A stretch of DNA of 64,000 bases, from contig OX597814.1 in assembly GCA_951406725.2 (NCBI GenBank), positions 24,614,001 through 24,678,000 on the forward strand, in the 5' to 3' direction. How positions within the stretch are numbered: position 1 is the first letter of the stretch; the number at the start of each line of letters is the position of its first letter. The translations under genes were made by a program, and so were the position numbers. Source of the stretch: Octopus vulgaris (lineage: Eukaryota). Shown here piece after piece: positions 13,701 to 27,453 of this stretch. The notes under the pieces are model-generated. The model did not search any database. It saw nothing but the letters and a program-made list of their open reading frames with translations, and was not told the DNA's origin.

Positions 13701-14151
13701 ATATATATATGCTACATACTAATTTTTTCCTTCAGATTATTATTGTTCTTATCTTTTGTCCTCTATCTGGAAATCTCATCACACATCTTGTTACCTCTTC
13801 ACTGACTCTCTATCTTGTGTTTTCTCCTATTCTATTTACTCATTAGTGTCTTTCTATGGTGTATGCCCTTATCTGCACATGTGATTGTGTGTGCACATGT
13901 GTGTGTGTGTGTGCATGACTGTATGTTTGTGTATGCACTTTGTCTATGTGTTTTGTTTGTATTTTTGTGTATATAGGTTTGTTTATTATATTGTTTGTAT
14001 CCATGCCTTTTATTTAGTTTTTGCCTTTATTGATTTATCTCTCTATTTTCCCTTTTCTTTTTCCCATTTCATCTTAAATATGTGTATGTGTGTCTTTCCT
14101 GTGTGTATATATTCTAAAACTGTTGCTAGTGGTTTTTTTTTGCATTCCTAG

Positions 14152-14195
14152 ATTCCAAATCTTTTAGAAAATACATCACAGATCAATTTTATCAC
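14152..14195 (+). other. Candidate 44-nt exon
   Basis: Acceptor TTTTTTTGCATTCCTAG, donor GTGAGT; two open frames (IPNLLENTSQINFI or SKSFRKYITDQFYH); no homology recognised. Confidence 0.25.
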
Positions 14196-15070
14196 GTGAG
14201 TATGTGATACTATGCTAACACTAAGAGGCCTGGGACACGAGCTACGACCCAGAATTTTGCTCTTCTACATATGATAATTCAAATAACACTCAGAGTGATT
14301 TGACGTATCAACATAATGGGCAGGTAATTTATTTATCCCTATCTCTTGTTCTCTTCGTGTTTCTATAAAGCAGGTTGTTAAATGGAAATATTAGGAATAA
14401 TTAAATATTTGTAATACAAAATTTCAATGTCCTAGTTATTGCTATTTTTCAATATTTAATGTTTGATCAGCATTGCTATCACCTTCCTAAACACTATAAA
14501 TTTCTAACACCACTACTACTACTATGACAACGACGACAATGACAACAATGATGACGTAGATGATAATGACCACCACCACTGCTACTGTTACTACTACTTT
14601 AATGGAACTAAATATTTCATTTACCTGATAAGCTCATCCAGAGCAAACTTTTTGCAATAGGACTACCTGTGATGAATTATTTTATTTTAATTCAACATAA
14701 AATGCATTATTTTTCAGTGTGTAACCCTGTCTGGAGTTCTGTAACTGAGGGTGGCTTCTAACTAGTGTATAACTAGCCCTTCAAATCTATGTGTTTTTGT
14801 GTGCAAATATGTGTGTTTATAAATGTAAACTGATGTGTGTCTATTTGTCTATCATATATCAACTATGTATACCTCCATCTCATAATCTTCCACTTCTAAA
14901 TCCTTAGACTTCCTTCCACATGCCTTATTAATTTTCCTTTCTCTTTACCACCTTATTGATTTACATATGTATATGTACATACATATATATATACACATAT
15001 ACATTTATACATATACATATATATATATGCATATATATATATCTTATATATATATAAATATAAATAAATA

Positions 15071-15130
<60 letters not shown>

Positions 15131-15930
15131 TACTTATGTTTCATTATAGCTAATACTCTTATCTTCTATTTTCACCATAAATTCCTATTAAAATGACAAA
15201 CAGTAAATGTCACAACACAAAAAATAATTTATATTAATTTGTTTGAAACAAAATGAATCTACACAGAAAATTTCTAGATTAAAACTAAAAATTTGTTTCA
15301 GGAAATATTAAGTGTGTATGTGTGTATCTCTCTGTGTATGAATCAGCAAGCTCCTCATGCTTTATCCACACTACCTTCTTTCCTTTCTCTATCACACACA
15401 TAGAAGCACACACATAAACGTATATATGGAATTTATTAATTTTTCAATTTATGTATATATATATATATATATATGCATATTATATATATGCTGATTTGTA
15501 TATATTTACACATGTCTTTGTAATAGCATGTGTATATCACTCAGTATGCCTGCTTTCAGTTGATCAAACTGCTATTTCGAAACATGGCATATGAGTCATT
15601 GAAGCATTATTTTGGCTATTGAGTTCATCCAGTGAATTCTGCTCAGGCAGCTTGTTTCATAATATAGTTGCTTTGATAGAAACTGTAATAGCTACAAGTA
15701 GCAACTGTTGAAATATCATTTTACAGATGAAGGAAAATGACAACTTGGACAAGTAAGTATCTTCCACTGGAACCTGAGTTGTCTAATGCTCTTCAATATA
15801 GAATTTGGTTGATGGAAACTATGCTGAAGCCTTTTATGTATGTAGGATAATAGAAATTATAGAAGTAACACATCTAGGTAAGCAGTAGAAATTCCAGAGC
15901 ATAATTTAAAGCACACACCGAAATAAATAC

Positions 15931-16250
15931 ATACTCTTTACTCTTTTACTTGTTTCAGTCATTTGACTGCGACCATACTGGAGCACCTCCTTTAGTCAAG
16001 CAAATCCAAGAGTGTAGTGAGTGTTTTTACATGCCATCGGCATGAGGGCCAGTCAGGCGGTACTGGCAATGGTCATGCTCAAATGGTGCTTTTTATGTGC
16101 CACCGGCACAAGGGCCAGACCAGCGGCACTAGCAACGATCTCGCTTGAATGTTTTTTCATGTGCCACCAGCACAAGTGCCAGTAAGGTGACACAGGTAAA
16201 GATCACGCTCGAATGGTGCTTTTTACGTGCCACTGGCACGGAGGCCAGTT
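15931..16250 (-). mobile_element. SINE-C 3' fragment joined to an RTE 3' UTR fragment
   Basis: TACTCTTTTACTTGTTTCAGTCATTTGACTG followed by GTGCCACCGGCAC subrepeats. Confidence 0.7.
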
Positions 16251-16254
16251 TAAT

Positions 16255-17335
16255 CATTTAAATTCTTCCTCTGAAGAAGGAATTGGTTTCTAACAAAGAT
16301 ACAAAGCTCATTCATTGGAACGTAGATAATGAAAACAATGTCACATTTTAAACATGAGAAAAGTCTGGCGTAGTTTTACTGTTTCACTTACAGATTGTAT
16401 TTGTAGTGTGCAAATCAGTTGGTCAATTTTTCTTTTAGAAAATCCAAGTTTATCTAGACTGACAGTAACACTCTTGTAAAATCAAGTGCTCCAATTATCT
16501 CTATATATATAAACAGCAAAATGTCTGTCTGTGTGTGTGTCCTTTATACAAATCTACAATTTTTCAGTTAGAGGCCTTGCACTTTTTATGGTCCATTAAA
16601 ACCGTCCAAGGGTGGTCGTGCATATCTTTACATTTCCCCAGTCACCCCGCTAAGTCATTTAAAAATCAATAGAAGTGACTTTTTTGTGAATTTTCTATCC
16701 AAAACCCAATCGAAATCCCCGAAACTTGATACGCCAATTGAATGCCAGCTAGCTGTATGTGATTGATCGGAGATTTGGACAGTACTCGCGTGTATGTGCA
16801 CAAACACACAGCTGTATATGCATGCACTAGCACTATGACCCAGCGTTGCTGGGTCATACTGCTAGTTATCGGTATAAAGGTGAATTTATAGTCTGGATAT
16901 ATAAGCTGGAGGTTTTGAAGCAGCTGTCTATAGTTATCTTCTTTCTCTTTGATTTTTACTGAGATATTCCCATCAGCAAGACAGCTGACTACTTTGGCTC
17001 TATATACTTTTTCTGGTCTGTCCCAAACAATGATATCCAGCCTATTAAGCTTATACTTGACAGATGGTTTGATGGGAATGTTCCCCCAATATTCCTTGTA
17101 CTAATATTTGTACACATGTTCAATAACAGGGGGATTTTCTGTATTCATCCCAGGATAGTCTTTTTCTTGAATTGTATATTGTTTTTGTGACATCATGTTG
17201 CATAAGGAGGTTAGGACCTTGATGACATATTTGGGCAGATGCTAATCGCATGTATGATGTCTTCCACAGAAATATGACATACTTATGAAGAAACGATTTC
17301 ATATATTTAGATACATGATAGCAGTATGTGTGTGT
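16255..17335 (-). mobile_element. R4/Dong-clade LINE 3' relic (restriction-like endonuclease domain), split by a Helitron
   Basis: Minus-strand EDIIHAISICP...HD...NRLDIIVWDRPEK...KEKEDNY...YKFTFIPI continues as IIGAL beyond the Helitron. Confidence 0.75.
16498..16865 (+). mobile_element. Non-autonomous Helitron
   Basis: A|TC 5' end, subterminal hairpin ATGACCCAGC-GTT-GCTGGGTCAT, 3' CTAG|T, no TSD. Confidence 0.85.
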
Positions 17336-17469
17336 ATTGCACAGTATGGTGGAGTGGTTCAAATATTCACTTTACAATTATGAGGTCCTGGATTTGATCC
17401 AGCAGCTTGATATCTTATCATAGCTTTTGATCAACCAATATCAGCCAGTGTAGGATAAGCATACAATAT

Positions 17470-17506
17470 AGCTAGCTTGCATTCATACATACACACACAC
17501 ACACAC

Positions 17507-17577
<71 letters not shown>
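17470..17577. repeat. (CA)n microsatellite
   Basis: Direct inspection. Confidence 0.95.
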
Positions 17578-17578
<1 letters not shown>

Positions 17579-17777
17579 ATGCACATACATATAGATTCAA
17601 AATCACAAAGAACATTCTCTTCCCAGTTCAACTCAAAATTTTTCAACTAACATAAACGAAAGGCATAAACACAACACACACATACACACAGAAATATAGA
17701 TAGATAGAGAGACTGACAGACAGATAGATAAATGGTAGTGGTATGCGAGGAAGGAAGAAAAAAGAGAGGGCGAAACC

Positions 17778-17811
<34 letters not shown>

Positions 17812-19565
17812 AAGAGCAAGATAGACAGATTACTATTTATATAGATTAATGATGTTGTTCCCATTCTGTTCTTTTTTTATTTAGAAACCTGGCAACTGAA
17901 GTATACTTAATAAAAATGATAACATTACATATCATACATTCAGCTAGTAATAGCTTATTTGTAAGATAATATAAGCAGTCTATGTCCAGTGCATGAATAT
18001 AAAGTATTTGGATGGAATCCAGTCTGTGTTCAGTTATCAACAAGGTTGAAAGCTATATTACTATGCAGTACAATCCAGCCTAGAACCACAATCAGAAGCA
18101 CACATGAACATATATGCATGTTACGTATATAGATGTAAATATAGATATTTACTTATGTATTCTTGTAGCGTAATTATCTTTCTTAAACCTGGCCTTTATT
18201 TTTGAGTTGAACTTGCGATTATGTAGGCACCACTTTTGCACTTTTAAGCACATTTTGTATATATATATGCATACATGATCAACATCATGACCATCAATAC
18301 CACCACCACCATCACCACCACCACCATCATCGCCACCACGACAACCACAACCACCACCACCACTACCACTACCACCACCACCACCATCGTTGCCTTCATC
18401 ATTTTATGGATGCTTTTCCAGGCTTATATTGGCTGGACAGATCATCTCCAGCACAGCATTTCACCAGCTGTAGTGATTCTTTGCATCCTTTGTGATGATC
18501 AGCCTCTTGAGATCGGCTTCCACCACTTTTCTAAATGATTCCTTTGGGTTTTTTTCCCCTTCAGCTAATTCCTTCCAGTTACATCACTTGACATTTCTTT
18601 AACCAGTTATAATCCTTCTATACACATTATGTGCTCTGACCCCGAAGAGATAGAGGACAGAATTGATCCTGGTGGCATTTGAACTCAGAATGCAAGCAAA
18701 AAGCCAAACGTGTTGTACACTGTGACAATTACCATCAAGAGACTCGAAGGTAGTAAAAGCAAAATTATTGATATTATGATTTGCAAGATTCTATTACTCA
18801 TGATAAACATGCTGAAATTTTAATCCCTTTCCCAAAATTGAAAACAGCAATATTTCTATTCTTCAAGAACAATTTGTTTTCTTCTTATGCTAGAGCACCT
18901 AAAAGCTTATTAGAAATTGAGCAATAACATTTGCATCATTCTTTCCTATACACATACATATAAGTCATACAGTAAGTCACATACATCAGAATGTAGGCAT
19001 GTAGGCATAGAGGCATGTATTTTTCATTTGTTTTCCTTATTCTCAAGATTTGAATGAGAGATTGGGAAAAGCGTTTCTCTAATTCAATGAGATTTTAAAA
19101 CCTAGCTGTCCTGCTTATGTTAGCATAAGATTAGATTTTGTAGAGGTTTAGCTTAACCATCTGATAATGGACGGCTACAACTTGAAATTTCTAAACAGAT
19201 TTATTTAGCTCTAATGCTTACAAACTGCAGTGATGAACAGCCATTTTCAAAGCTTTAAAAGATAAGTTTAACATAGAAGCATTATGGGTGAAAGTAGGTT
19301 GATCAGTCTTGAAGTGAACATTAAACATGAGCTTGCTCCGAATAAAGATTTTCACTATCATAAGAAAGTTCACTGAGTGTTATTCGTCCTTGTGTCCTTA
19401 ACTGTAGCTTCAGTGTAACCAACGTTTTGCAAGTGAATTTAGCAGATTGAAACCAAGCAGTGTGTGTGTATGTATATATATATATATATATCGCCATGTT
19501 GATTCGCTAGCTTCTGCATGCATTTTTTTTTCTCCTTGTTTCTTTCCGTGTTTCTTTTCCGTGTA

Positions 19566-19603
19566 TCTTTCTGTTGAGGAGCGTAGGCTCGAAACGTAAA
19601 AGA
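19566..19603 (+). ncRNA. Minimal type-I hammerhead-like fold (CUGUUGA core variant) in a TA-flanked element (~19491-19700)
   Basis: TCTTT-CTGTTGA-G-GAGC-GTAG-GCTC-GAAAC-GTA-AAAGA: stem I TCTTT/AAAGA, stem II GAGC/GCTC, palindromic stem III ACGT. Confidence 0.55.
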
Positions 19604-19974
19604 CTTGTTTTATTTATATTCCTGAGCGCCATACTAATACAATTGTTTGTTTGTATTCCACCTGCCTTCGTCTTTTGTTTATTTTCATAAAGCTTCCCGT
19701 TATATATATATATATACACACAACGACCCCGAACCCACAAGAGTAAACAAGAGGGACAGAGACAGGCTGAAACAAGGAAAATGCCACTTGTATTTGAACA
19801 CTTTACAAATATTCTTTTAAAAAAACTTTTCTTTTAATTTTTCTAAATTTAATAGTTTAATTGTTACAGTTGAAAAATCTCAATAACTGAAACCAGTACT
19901 GAAATGTTTTTTATAAAATTATTTTAGCATTTTCTATCTCAACTTTTTTCCATAAATATATACATATATATATA

Positions 19975-20369
19975 TCATCATCATCATCATCATCATCATC
20001 ATCGTTTAACGTCCGCTTTCCATGCTAGCATGGGTTGGACGGTTCAACTGGGGTCTGGGAAGCCCGAAGGCTGCACCAGGCCAGTCAGATCTGGCAGTGT
20101 TTCTACAGCTGGATGCCGTTCCTAATGCCAACCACTCCGTGAGTGTAGTGGGTGCTTTTTATGTGCCACCGACACAGGTGCCAGACGAGGCTGGTGAACG
20201 GCCACACTCGGATGGTGGTTTTTATGTGCCACTGACACAGGTGCCAGACGAGGCTGGCGAACGGCCACGCTCGCATGGTGGTTTTTTTTGTTGTTTTTTT
20301 TTTTTTTTTTGGCTGGGGGGGTTATGTGCCACAGACACAGGTGCCAGACGAGGTTGGCGAACGGCCACG

Positions 20370-20372
<3 letters not shown>
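19975..20372 (-). mobile_element. RTE 3' UTR/tail copy with three ~60-bp subrepeats
   Basis: (CAT)n start; ATGTGCCAC.GACACAGGTGCCAGACGAGG x3. Confidence 0.8.
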
Positions 20373-20410
<38 letters not shown>

Positions 20411-20624
20411 TTGAAACATTCCTGTCACAACCTGGGACCTTGAAGACTGTTTAAATGCAAGAAAGTATACTAGTCCCTTAATATTTGATATTCAATATTT
20501 CATCTATTCAGTAAGACAATCAATACTTCATTTCATTTTACTATATATACTATATATTCTATATTCTACATTAATATTATAAAGAATATAAATAAAACAT
20601 AAAACACAGAGAGTTGGAATTCCT

Positions 20625-20660
<36 letters not shown>

Positions 20661-20663
20661 GCA

Positions 20664-20692
<29 letters not shown>

Positions 20693-20694
<2 letters not shown>

Positions 20695-21458
20695 CATCAT
20701 TATCTCATTATCATCATTAATATCTGTTTCCCATTCTGGCATGAGTTAGATTGTTTGACTGCAACTGGTAAGCTAGAGAGCTGCACCTGGTTTTCTGTTT
20801 TGGTCTGGTTCCTATGGCTGGATGCCCTTACTAATACCAACTGCTTTACAGAGTGTAGTGGGTGTTTTTTACGTTTCACCTAGACTGGCAATGACCATGA
20901 TTCACATAGCTTAACATGTTTTCTCAAGCACAGTAAATTGCCAGAAATCTTAGTCACTTGTCATTGCCTCCATGAGACTCAACAATCAAAGATCATATTT
21001 CACCACCTCGTCCAACATTTTCCTTGGTCTACCCCACCCATAGGTCCCCTTCACAATTAGAGATCAGCTCTTCTTTACCATGGTGAGTGTGCCTCCTCCA
21101 AATGGGAATAAGGGGTAGCAAGAGGAGGCCAGGAATAGGGGACAGTATCCTGTCTCTATAATTCCTGTTCCCTCTTCTTACACACACACACAGACGCACA
21201 TATATATGCATATATATATAAACACATACATATATATATGTATGTATATATCATCATCTTCGTCATCGTTTAACATCCGCTTTCCATGCTGGCATGGGTA
21301 GGACGGCTTGACTGAGGACTGCAAGCCAGGAGGCTGCACCAGGCACCAATCTGATTTGGCAAGGTTTCTACAGTTGGATGCCCTTCCTAATATCAACCAC
21401 TCCGAGAGTGTAGTGGGTGATTTTTACATGCCACCAACACAGGGGCCAGTCAGGTGGT
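20693..21458 (-). mobile_element. Two RTE tail/ORF-end relics
   Basis: GGATGCCCTT motif at ~20820 and ~21376; degenerate ORF end at 20920-21085. Confidence 0.65.
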
Positions 21459-22016
21459 GAATTGAGAGAATGAGTAAAGTGTCAGATAATGTTTTGCAAT
21501 ATTTATTTCAGTATCATGCATTCTGAGTTCAAATCCCACCTTAGCCTACTTCTGTGGTAATGTTTAATCCATCACCTGCTTTAACACAGTATCAAGTCAT
21601 AAGGGTTTTCAACAAAGTCCACCCTGTTGTAAACCTCAGGTCAGATTTCTTAATTTGAAGATAACTTTCTTTCTTATCCTTAATCCCAGTATATGAAGCC
21701 CTGTGATAGGTCATGAGTACTGCCATCCCTCCTGGTTAAGAAATAAAATAAATTAAATAACAAATATACCATTCTGTATATTTACTAAGCAATTCAGCTG
21801 TTATCTTTTGGACATCTTCTGGTAATGCTGAACATCGTTAATGACACCTAATATAGTGCAGAAATATCACCAGAGATTGTCTTCTGTATTTGCCTGAAAA
21901 GTTAAACAAGCAATATTAATTATTCCCTAATGCTTTATTTTTTTCTCCTCCGGTGATTCTGACCTAGATTGTGGTAAACAGTTTTTCCATAATATATACT
22001 GCTTTCACTCTACCAG

Positions 22017-22043
22017 ATCTAAGTACAGTTAAAGGAGATTTTG
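22017..22043 (+). other. Candidate 27-nt symmetric (phase 1) microexon
   Basis: Acceptor CTGCTTTCACTCTACCAG, donor GTAAGA; open in one frame as xLSTVKGDF. Confidence 0.3.
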
Positions 22044-23110
22044 GTAAGAATCAAGATACTCTACATCAAATGACCTAGTATGTAAACTTTCTAATAATAG
22101 TTAAAAATAAATAACAGATAACGACTAAGAAAAGAAATGTAATTTAACCAGGTGTATATATAAAACTTAACAAAATCATAAATCAAACTGAGAAATGATA
22201 GCTATAGCATAGTAGTAATTTATTTCAGATTTTGATGAGGTAATGAATAATTCTGAAATGACATTTTAAGTGATAGAACAGAAATGTTCCAGCCATATTA
22301 GACTTTCATGAAAATTATATCAGTAAGTTGACAGCAGCAACCATTATACTGCATAGTAATAAGCACTCATTTTAGCAGGTAAACTTCAATGTTAGATCAA
22401 TATTACAATAATATAGTCGTTAATATTTATTTCTAAATTAACAACTACATCAAAAGCAATATTAATTATTTCTTTATATTGTTATTCAAATGGGATTCAA
22501 AAGGAAATGTGAAGAAAAATATGCAAAGATAAGTGGAGGTAGTTGGAATAATCTAATATAATACATTTTCCTTTTTTATCATATCTTTTATTTATATTTA
22601 CAACAGCTTGCAATAAAGGCTTCTAAAAAAAATATTATATATATTTCATAAATTGCTTTAGCAAATTATTTCTCTCTAGAGACATCTTCTGACACTATCC
22701 ATCAATAAATTAGTGGAATTTTTGCTGTCATTTCAGTACAAAGTTGGCTTCAGGAAACATTTTGAGCACTAGTTTGAAATCCTAGTTAGCACATTCAAAT
22801 ATCATGTTCAATTATCTTTCTATCAGATTTAGTGTATCCTACATTCTTTTATTTGTATAAGAAATAATAACAATTACTGCATGTATAGTAGTAGTAGTAG
22901 TAGTAGTAGCGATGGTGATGGTAGTGGCAGTGGTGGTGATAGTTGTAGTAGTAGCAGTAGTGTCTCCACCTCACTTCTGCAGAAGTCAGATATTCACATA
23001 TATGTGTGCGTGTGTATATACTTATATATATATATATATATATATATGCATACAAACATATATATATGTCTATTTACATACACACACATGTATATATATA
23101 TGTATGTATA

Positions 23111-23175
<65 letters not shown>

Positions 23176-23199
23176 ATGTATATGTGAGAAAAACAGCAC

Positions 23200-23958
23200 C
23201 ATGACAGAAGTCACTCTTCCAGAAATTTAGAAACGTCATGCTGTACTACCTGGCATTCATGCTGGAAGCTCCAATATGAACATTTCAGAGTGTTTGGGTG
23301 TCAATCTGAGAACATTGCAATTTGAGGACATGCACCGAAAGTTATAAAAATCAAACATCCAGTCAAAATCATGGTGTTTCGAGTGATCACTAGTGAAGGT
23401 GATGTTATGCCTTTATTTATATTCCCACATGGCCTCAAACCCAACATGGAGGCCTACATCAAGTGCCTGGATTGGGTAGTGTTGCCCTGGGTGAACTGGG
23501 TGGCTGCTGGAAGACCCTATGTCTGGCAACAAGACTCTGCACCATGCCACACAAGCAGGAGTGGCCCAGTCATGGCTGTCAGACAATTTCTGTGACCACA
23601 TCACCCTTAACATCTGGCCACCTAACTTCCAAGACTGCAACGCCCTTGATTATTATGTGTGGAGCACAATTGAGTGAGAGACCATCAAAACTCCTTGTAA
23701 GAACAAAGATGAACTGAATGCAAGGATTATGGCAGCATTCACCAACTTAAACAAGGAGACCATCCAGAAGAGCTGCAGGACATTCCAAAGTCGTCTGGAG
23801 GCCATGGTTGAAGTCAATGTCGATTTTATTGTATAAATTTACTCTTTAGTATTTTAAGATATTTTTATGCAATTTTGATAAATATATGTTAAAATGAGAT
23901 GTCAGTGTTACTTTCATTTTGCATAATTTAGACGACAGTTTAGTCATTGCACCCTCTA
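23200..23958 (+). mobile_element. Tc1/mariner-superfamily transposon relic, maT-like (DD37D)
   Basis: YVWQQDSAPCH...IWPPNFQDCNALDYYVW across a frameshift, about 37 residues between the second and third D; 3' end GCACCCTCTA. Confidence 0.85.
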
Positions 23959-23989
23959 TATTTATATCTAGCAAGCTAATTTTTTTTTA

Positions 23990-24252
23990 GAAGACCCAGC
24001 AAGCCAAGTAAAATTTTAGTCATGGGAGATACTGGTGTCATGCAATTGGCATCCATGCTGGTGGCTTGTAAAAGCACCCATTACTTCCTCAGAGTGGTTA
24101 GTGTTAGGAAGGGCATCCAGCTGTAGAAACTATGTCATATCAGACTGGAGTCTGGTATAGCCTTCCAGCTTGCCAGCCCTGATCAAACCATCCAACACAT
24201 GCCAAAATGGACAAAGGATACTAAAAGATGATGATGATTATGATGATGATGA
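23990..24252 (+). mobile_element. RTE 3' UTR/tail copy
   Basis: AGGAAGGGCATCCAGCTGTAGAAAC...(GAT)n. Confidence 0.75.
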
Positions 24253-25399
24253 TATATGTATACATTTATAATTTTTTAATGAAATATTTCCATTTTTTAG
24301 ATTTAAAAAAACAACATCAGTTTTGACATTAAAGTTTTGTTTGTTGTTCCTATTGCCATTGTTGGTCTTTTGTATTTTCTTATTAATTCTCTGATTATTT
24401 AAATTCTATTGATACTCTTGAGCATCTAGTACTGATAAGGCTATGTATTTATGGTATTGCTGATCTCAACAAATCTACTAAAATAAAAAGGGTTTTAACA
24501 AAATTTAATTAAACTCATACACATTTAAATAAATTTGCATATTTTCATGTGTAAACTGATTTGAAATTCATGATAATGTTCATTTTTGTTTTCTTTGTTT
24601 ATTTGTCTATTATTAACTTATTAATTATGTTATTTTATCTCGCTGCCATTTAGTACATAAACTACCTCATGTATACTGATCAGTACTATCCACATAATTT
24701 ACATTAAAGAATTCACTCACTAACTTATTTATATAATCGCTATTTTGTTGGACTGAACTGGTTTTAACCATGCTACAGCAGCATAGTGATTTTGCTTCAC
24801 TTTCAGAAATGTCATGAGACTAGAATTATAAACAGCAATTCACTTTGTTCAAGATCAGTGAATTTGTGAGTGCCTGCATTGTTAATGATTCCCTTATGGT
24901 GAATTTTTGATGTATTGAAACCAAGTGCTATTGACTGATTTATGGAAGTTTTCTAATAATCAGGTTGGGTTAGTTTATCGAATGTTCTAGGCCATATATG
25001 AGTTTGGAATTTTGAGATAAACTGGAATAATTCATGTAAGAACATTTTTATAAACAAGCATTGAAGTACTGAGTGATTTGGTATTTTAGAAATGAAGGAA
25101 ATCATGAATGCTGAAGAATAGTTGTGAAAACAGCTTAAAAGACTGAGTAAAATACCATTATAGATGGAAACCATTGGCCAACAAGCCACTACAGAGAATA
25201 AAACACAGTACCTCTCAAATTTTGGCTGAGCACTTTATACCATTAAGGCCAAGCAATCTCTAACAACAGATCCCATCTTTTATAATGCCTTTTTTGGAAT
25301 GTGAGAACATTTTTATATACAAACATTGAAGCACAAAATGAGTTGGTATTTTAAACATTGAACACAAGGTTATTTTGCCCAATTCTATAAGCTGTTTTC

Positions 25400-25735
25400 T
25401 GGGCTTTCTCCTGTATTTTAGATTTTTACCATGTAGTCATTTAAATATATGAGGAAGAGGTTAAAACAATAATGAAACTTTGCCTTCTTTACAATGTTCC
25501 ATAATTCAGCTTCAAAGCTCTGAAGGTCCTTCATCCAGGAATGGTACTTTCGCGATTTGAAGCCAATCTTGTCTGCAGATGTAGTAGTGGATGGACTCTT
25601 GAAGAAGATGGCCTTCCAGCATGTAAACTTAATGACACTTTCAGTTTTCTCCATGAACGGCATCAAATAGATTTTCCATGGTGGTATTTGGACATTCTTC
25701 AATGAGCACAGCAATGGTTGTCTCTCCAATGCAAA
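25400..25735 (-). mobile_element. Penelope-like element ORF N-terminal relic
   Basis: SLKNVQIPP...MEKTESVIK...WKAIFF...GFKSRK...DLQSFEAEL..IVKKAKF resembles the region preceding PLE reverse transcriptases. Confidence 0.6.
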
Positions 25736-25951
25736 CTGTTAATTTTTTATGAATGGGGCTCGACAAGGTCTGGAGCACTTGTATGAGTGAGTGCACAAAC
25801 AAAAGGAAAATGCACTCAGTACATTTAGTAAGAGCTACATGTATTATTATTTGAAACAGTTTGCTTCAGCTCCATGTGATTTAAAGTTTCGTGGGCTTCT
25901 AAAGTAACCCATTTCATTCAAGCTTAGATTACCAAATGGAGAAAGACAAGA

Positions 25952-26183
25952 AGTTCAAGATGGCTACTCAAAAATGGGCTATTATTGGTCAATGTTAGTC
26001 ACAGCATGTTGTTAGAGGCAAGATTGTCAATTCAGTGACACCAGCTTCCTGTCCAGCCACATGATTCAAGAAATTCTCTTTTCTAACAAACCTGTTGTCG
26101 CTGGGTTACCAATCTTACCTTTAACAACTCCATGTGACTCACCTTCACCAATAGCAGCCCATTTTCCAGTAGCCATCTTGGAC
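25952..26183. repeat. Imperfect palindrome with ~95-bp arms upstream of the PLE ORF
   Basis: GTTCAAGATGGCTACT...GACACCAGCTT pairs with AACCTGTTGTC...AGTAGCCATCTTGGAC. Confidence 0.75.
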
Positions 26184-26409
26184 TTTCTATGCTCATAAAA
26201 TTTTAAGTAACATGGAGCCAAATTGAATTATTTAAAATGATGATGATATGTTTACATTATATATGAACATATATATGTAAAAGATATAAGCACACACACA
26301 CATACCATACATACATATATATGTATATAGATATATACACATACATATACACATGCATAGAGATGTGTGTGTGCATGTGTGTGTATGTATGTGTGCATAT
26401 ATGTCTATG

Positions 26410-26440
<31 letters not shown>

Positions 26441-27453
26441 ATATGAATACATATATATATATTAGGATAGAAGAGTGCATAGCTCTATATTCAGTTATTT
26501 CTTTTCCCCCAGACTAGTTTGTTAATTATTATCAGAATAAGTTTGGATCACAAAAGAAAATAAGTTATGAGTTTATGTCAGACATGATACTGATAAATTA
26601 TTAAGTTGCAACAATGGTGTTTTGAAATGCTACACTTTTCAGAAATTTCATTGAATAGAAATAATCCATAATTCGAAATTACCATCTGTATCTATTTCCA
26701 AGCAAAAGATCTAACTTTCCATTTATATATTCAGCTTAACATTAATGTGAAAAAGTTTTAGAAATAGTTTTAAAATATCAACCTAGAAGCAATCTGCCAT
26801 TGAACTAGTCAGACAACTGTTTAGTGTCTTGGTATAATATGAATTGTTAGTTTCATACAAAGTTTCCCTGGATATTATGAAAATTCTTGATATTCATTAG
26901 AAATGTTTGAAGTCTTTTGTAATTTTTACACATTTACCTCAATGGAGCTTATGCCTACAATATATGAGTAAATTGCATATTTTTCCAATTTTGCTTGTTG
27001 AAAGAAGTAAAAAAAATATTTTATGAAAAAAGTTAGCTTTTTTTTTAATATGAAACAATTTATGTCGTTAGAATATAATTTTCTTATTTCAGAAAAAAAT
27101 CCAACTTTATACTTATTTTTATATTTCAGCAGTCATTGGTCATATTTTTTCATTGATTTGAAAATATTTGATTTAAATATAATTTTTCAATGGGATTACA
27201 CCCAAAATATAGACTCATGAGTTATTTATTGAAATCTCTTTAAAAGTTCCACCTCTCAATATTGTCTGTCTTTCAGAAATCTAAATTTAACGATGTAATT
27301 TTACTTCAGCAAAGAATGTTCAGAATAAAGATGTATTAAATTGCTTTAACATGTATGCATTCAGACTATTTCTTTGGGCATCATAAAAGTGATGTTCGTA
27401 TGATTGAGTTTGGCTGAGAATAATTTCATAACTGTTTACATATCCAATAAATA

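Noticed and set aside
15727-15752. 26-nt segment with TTACAG acceptor and GTAAGT donor
   Set aside because: Not frame-preserving and overlaps a decayed SINE-C core
19865-19902. CAG-TTGAAAA...GAAAC-CA-GTA-CTG hammerhead-like trace
   Set aside because: Core and stem II too degenerate to call on their own
20160-20370. Repeat-spacer-like array resembling CRISPR
   Set aside because: Units are tandem subrepeats of the RTE 3' UTR with homologous spacers; eukaryotic context and no cas genes
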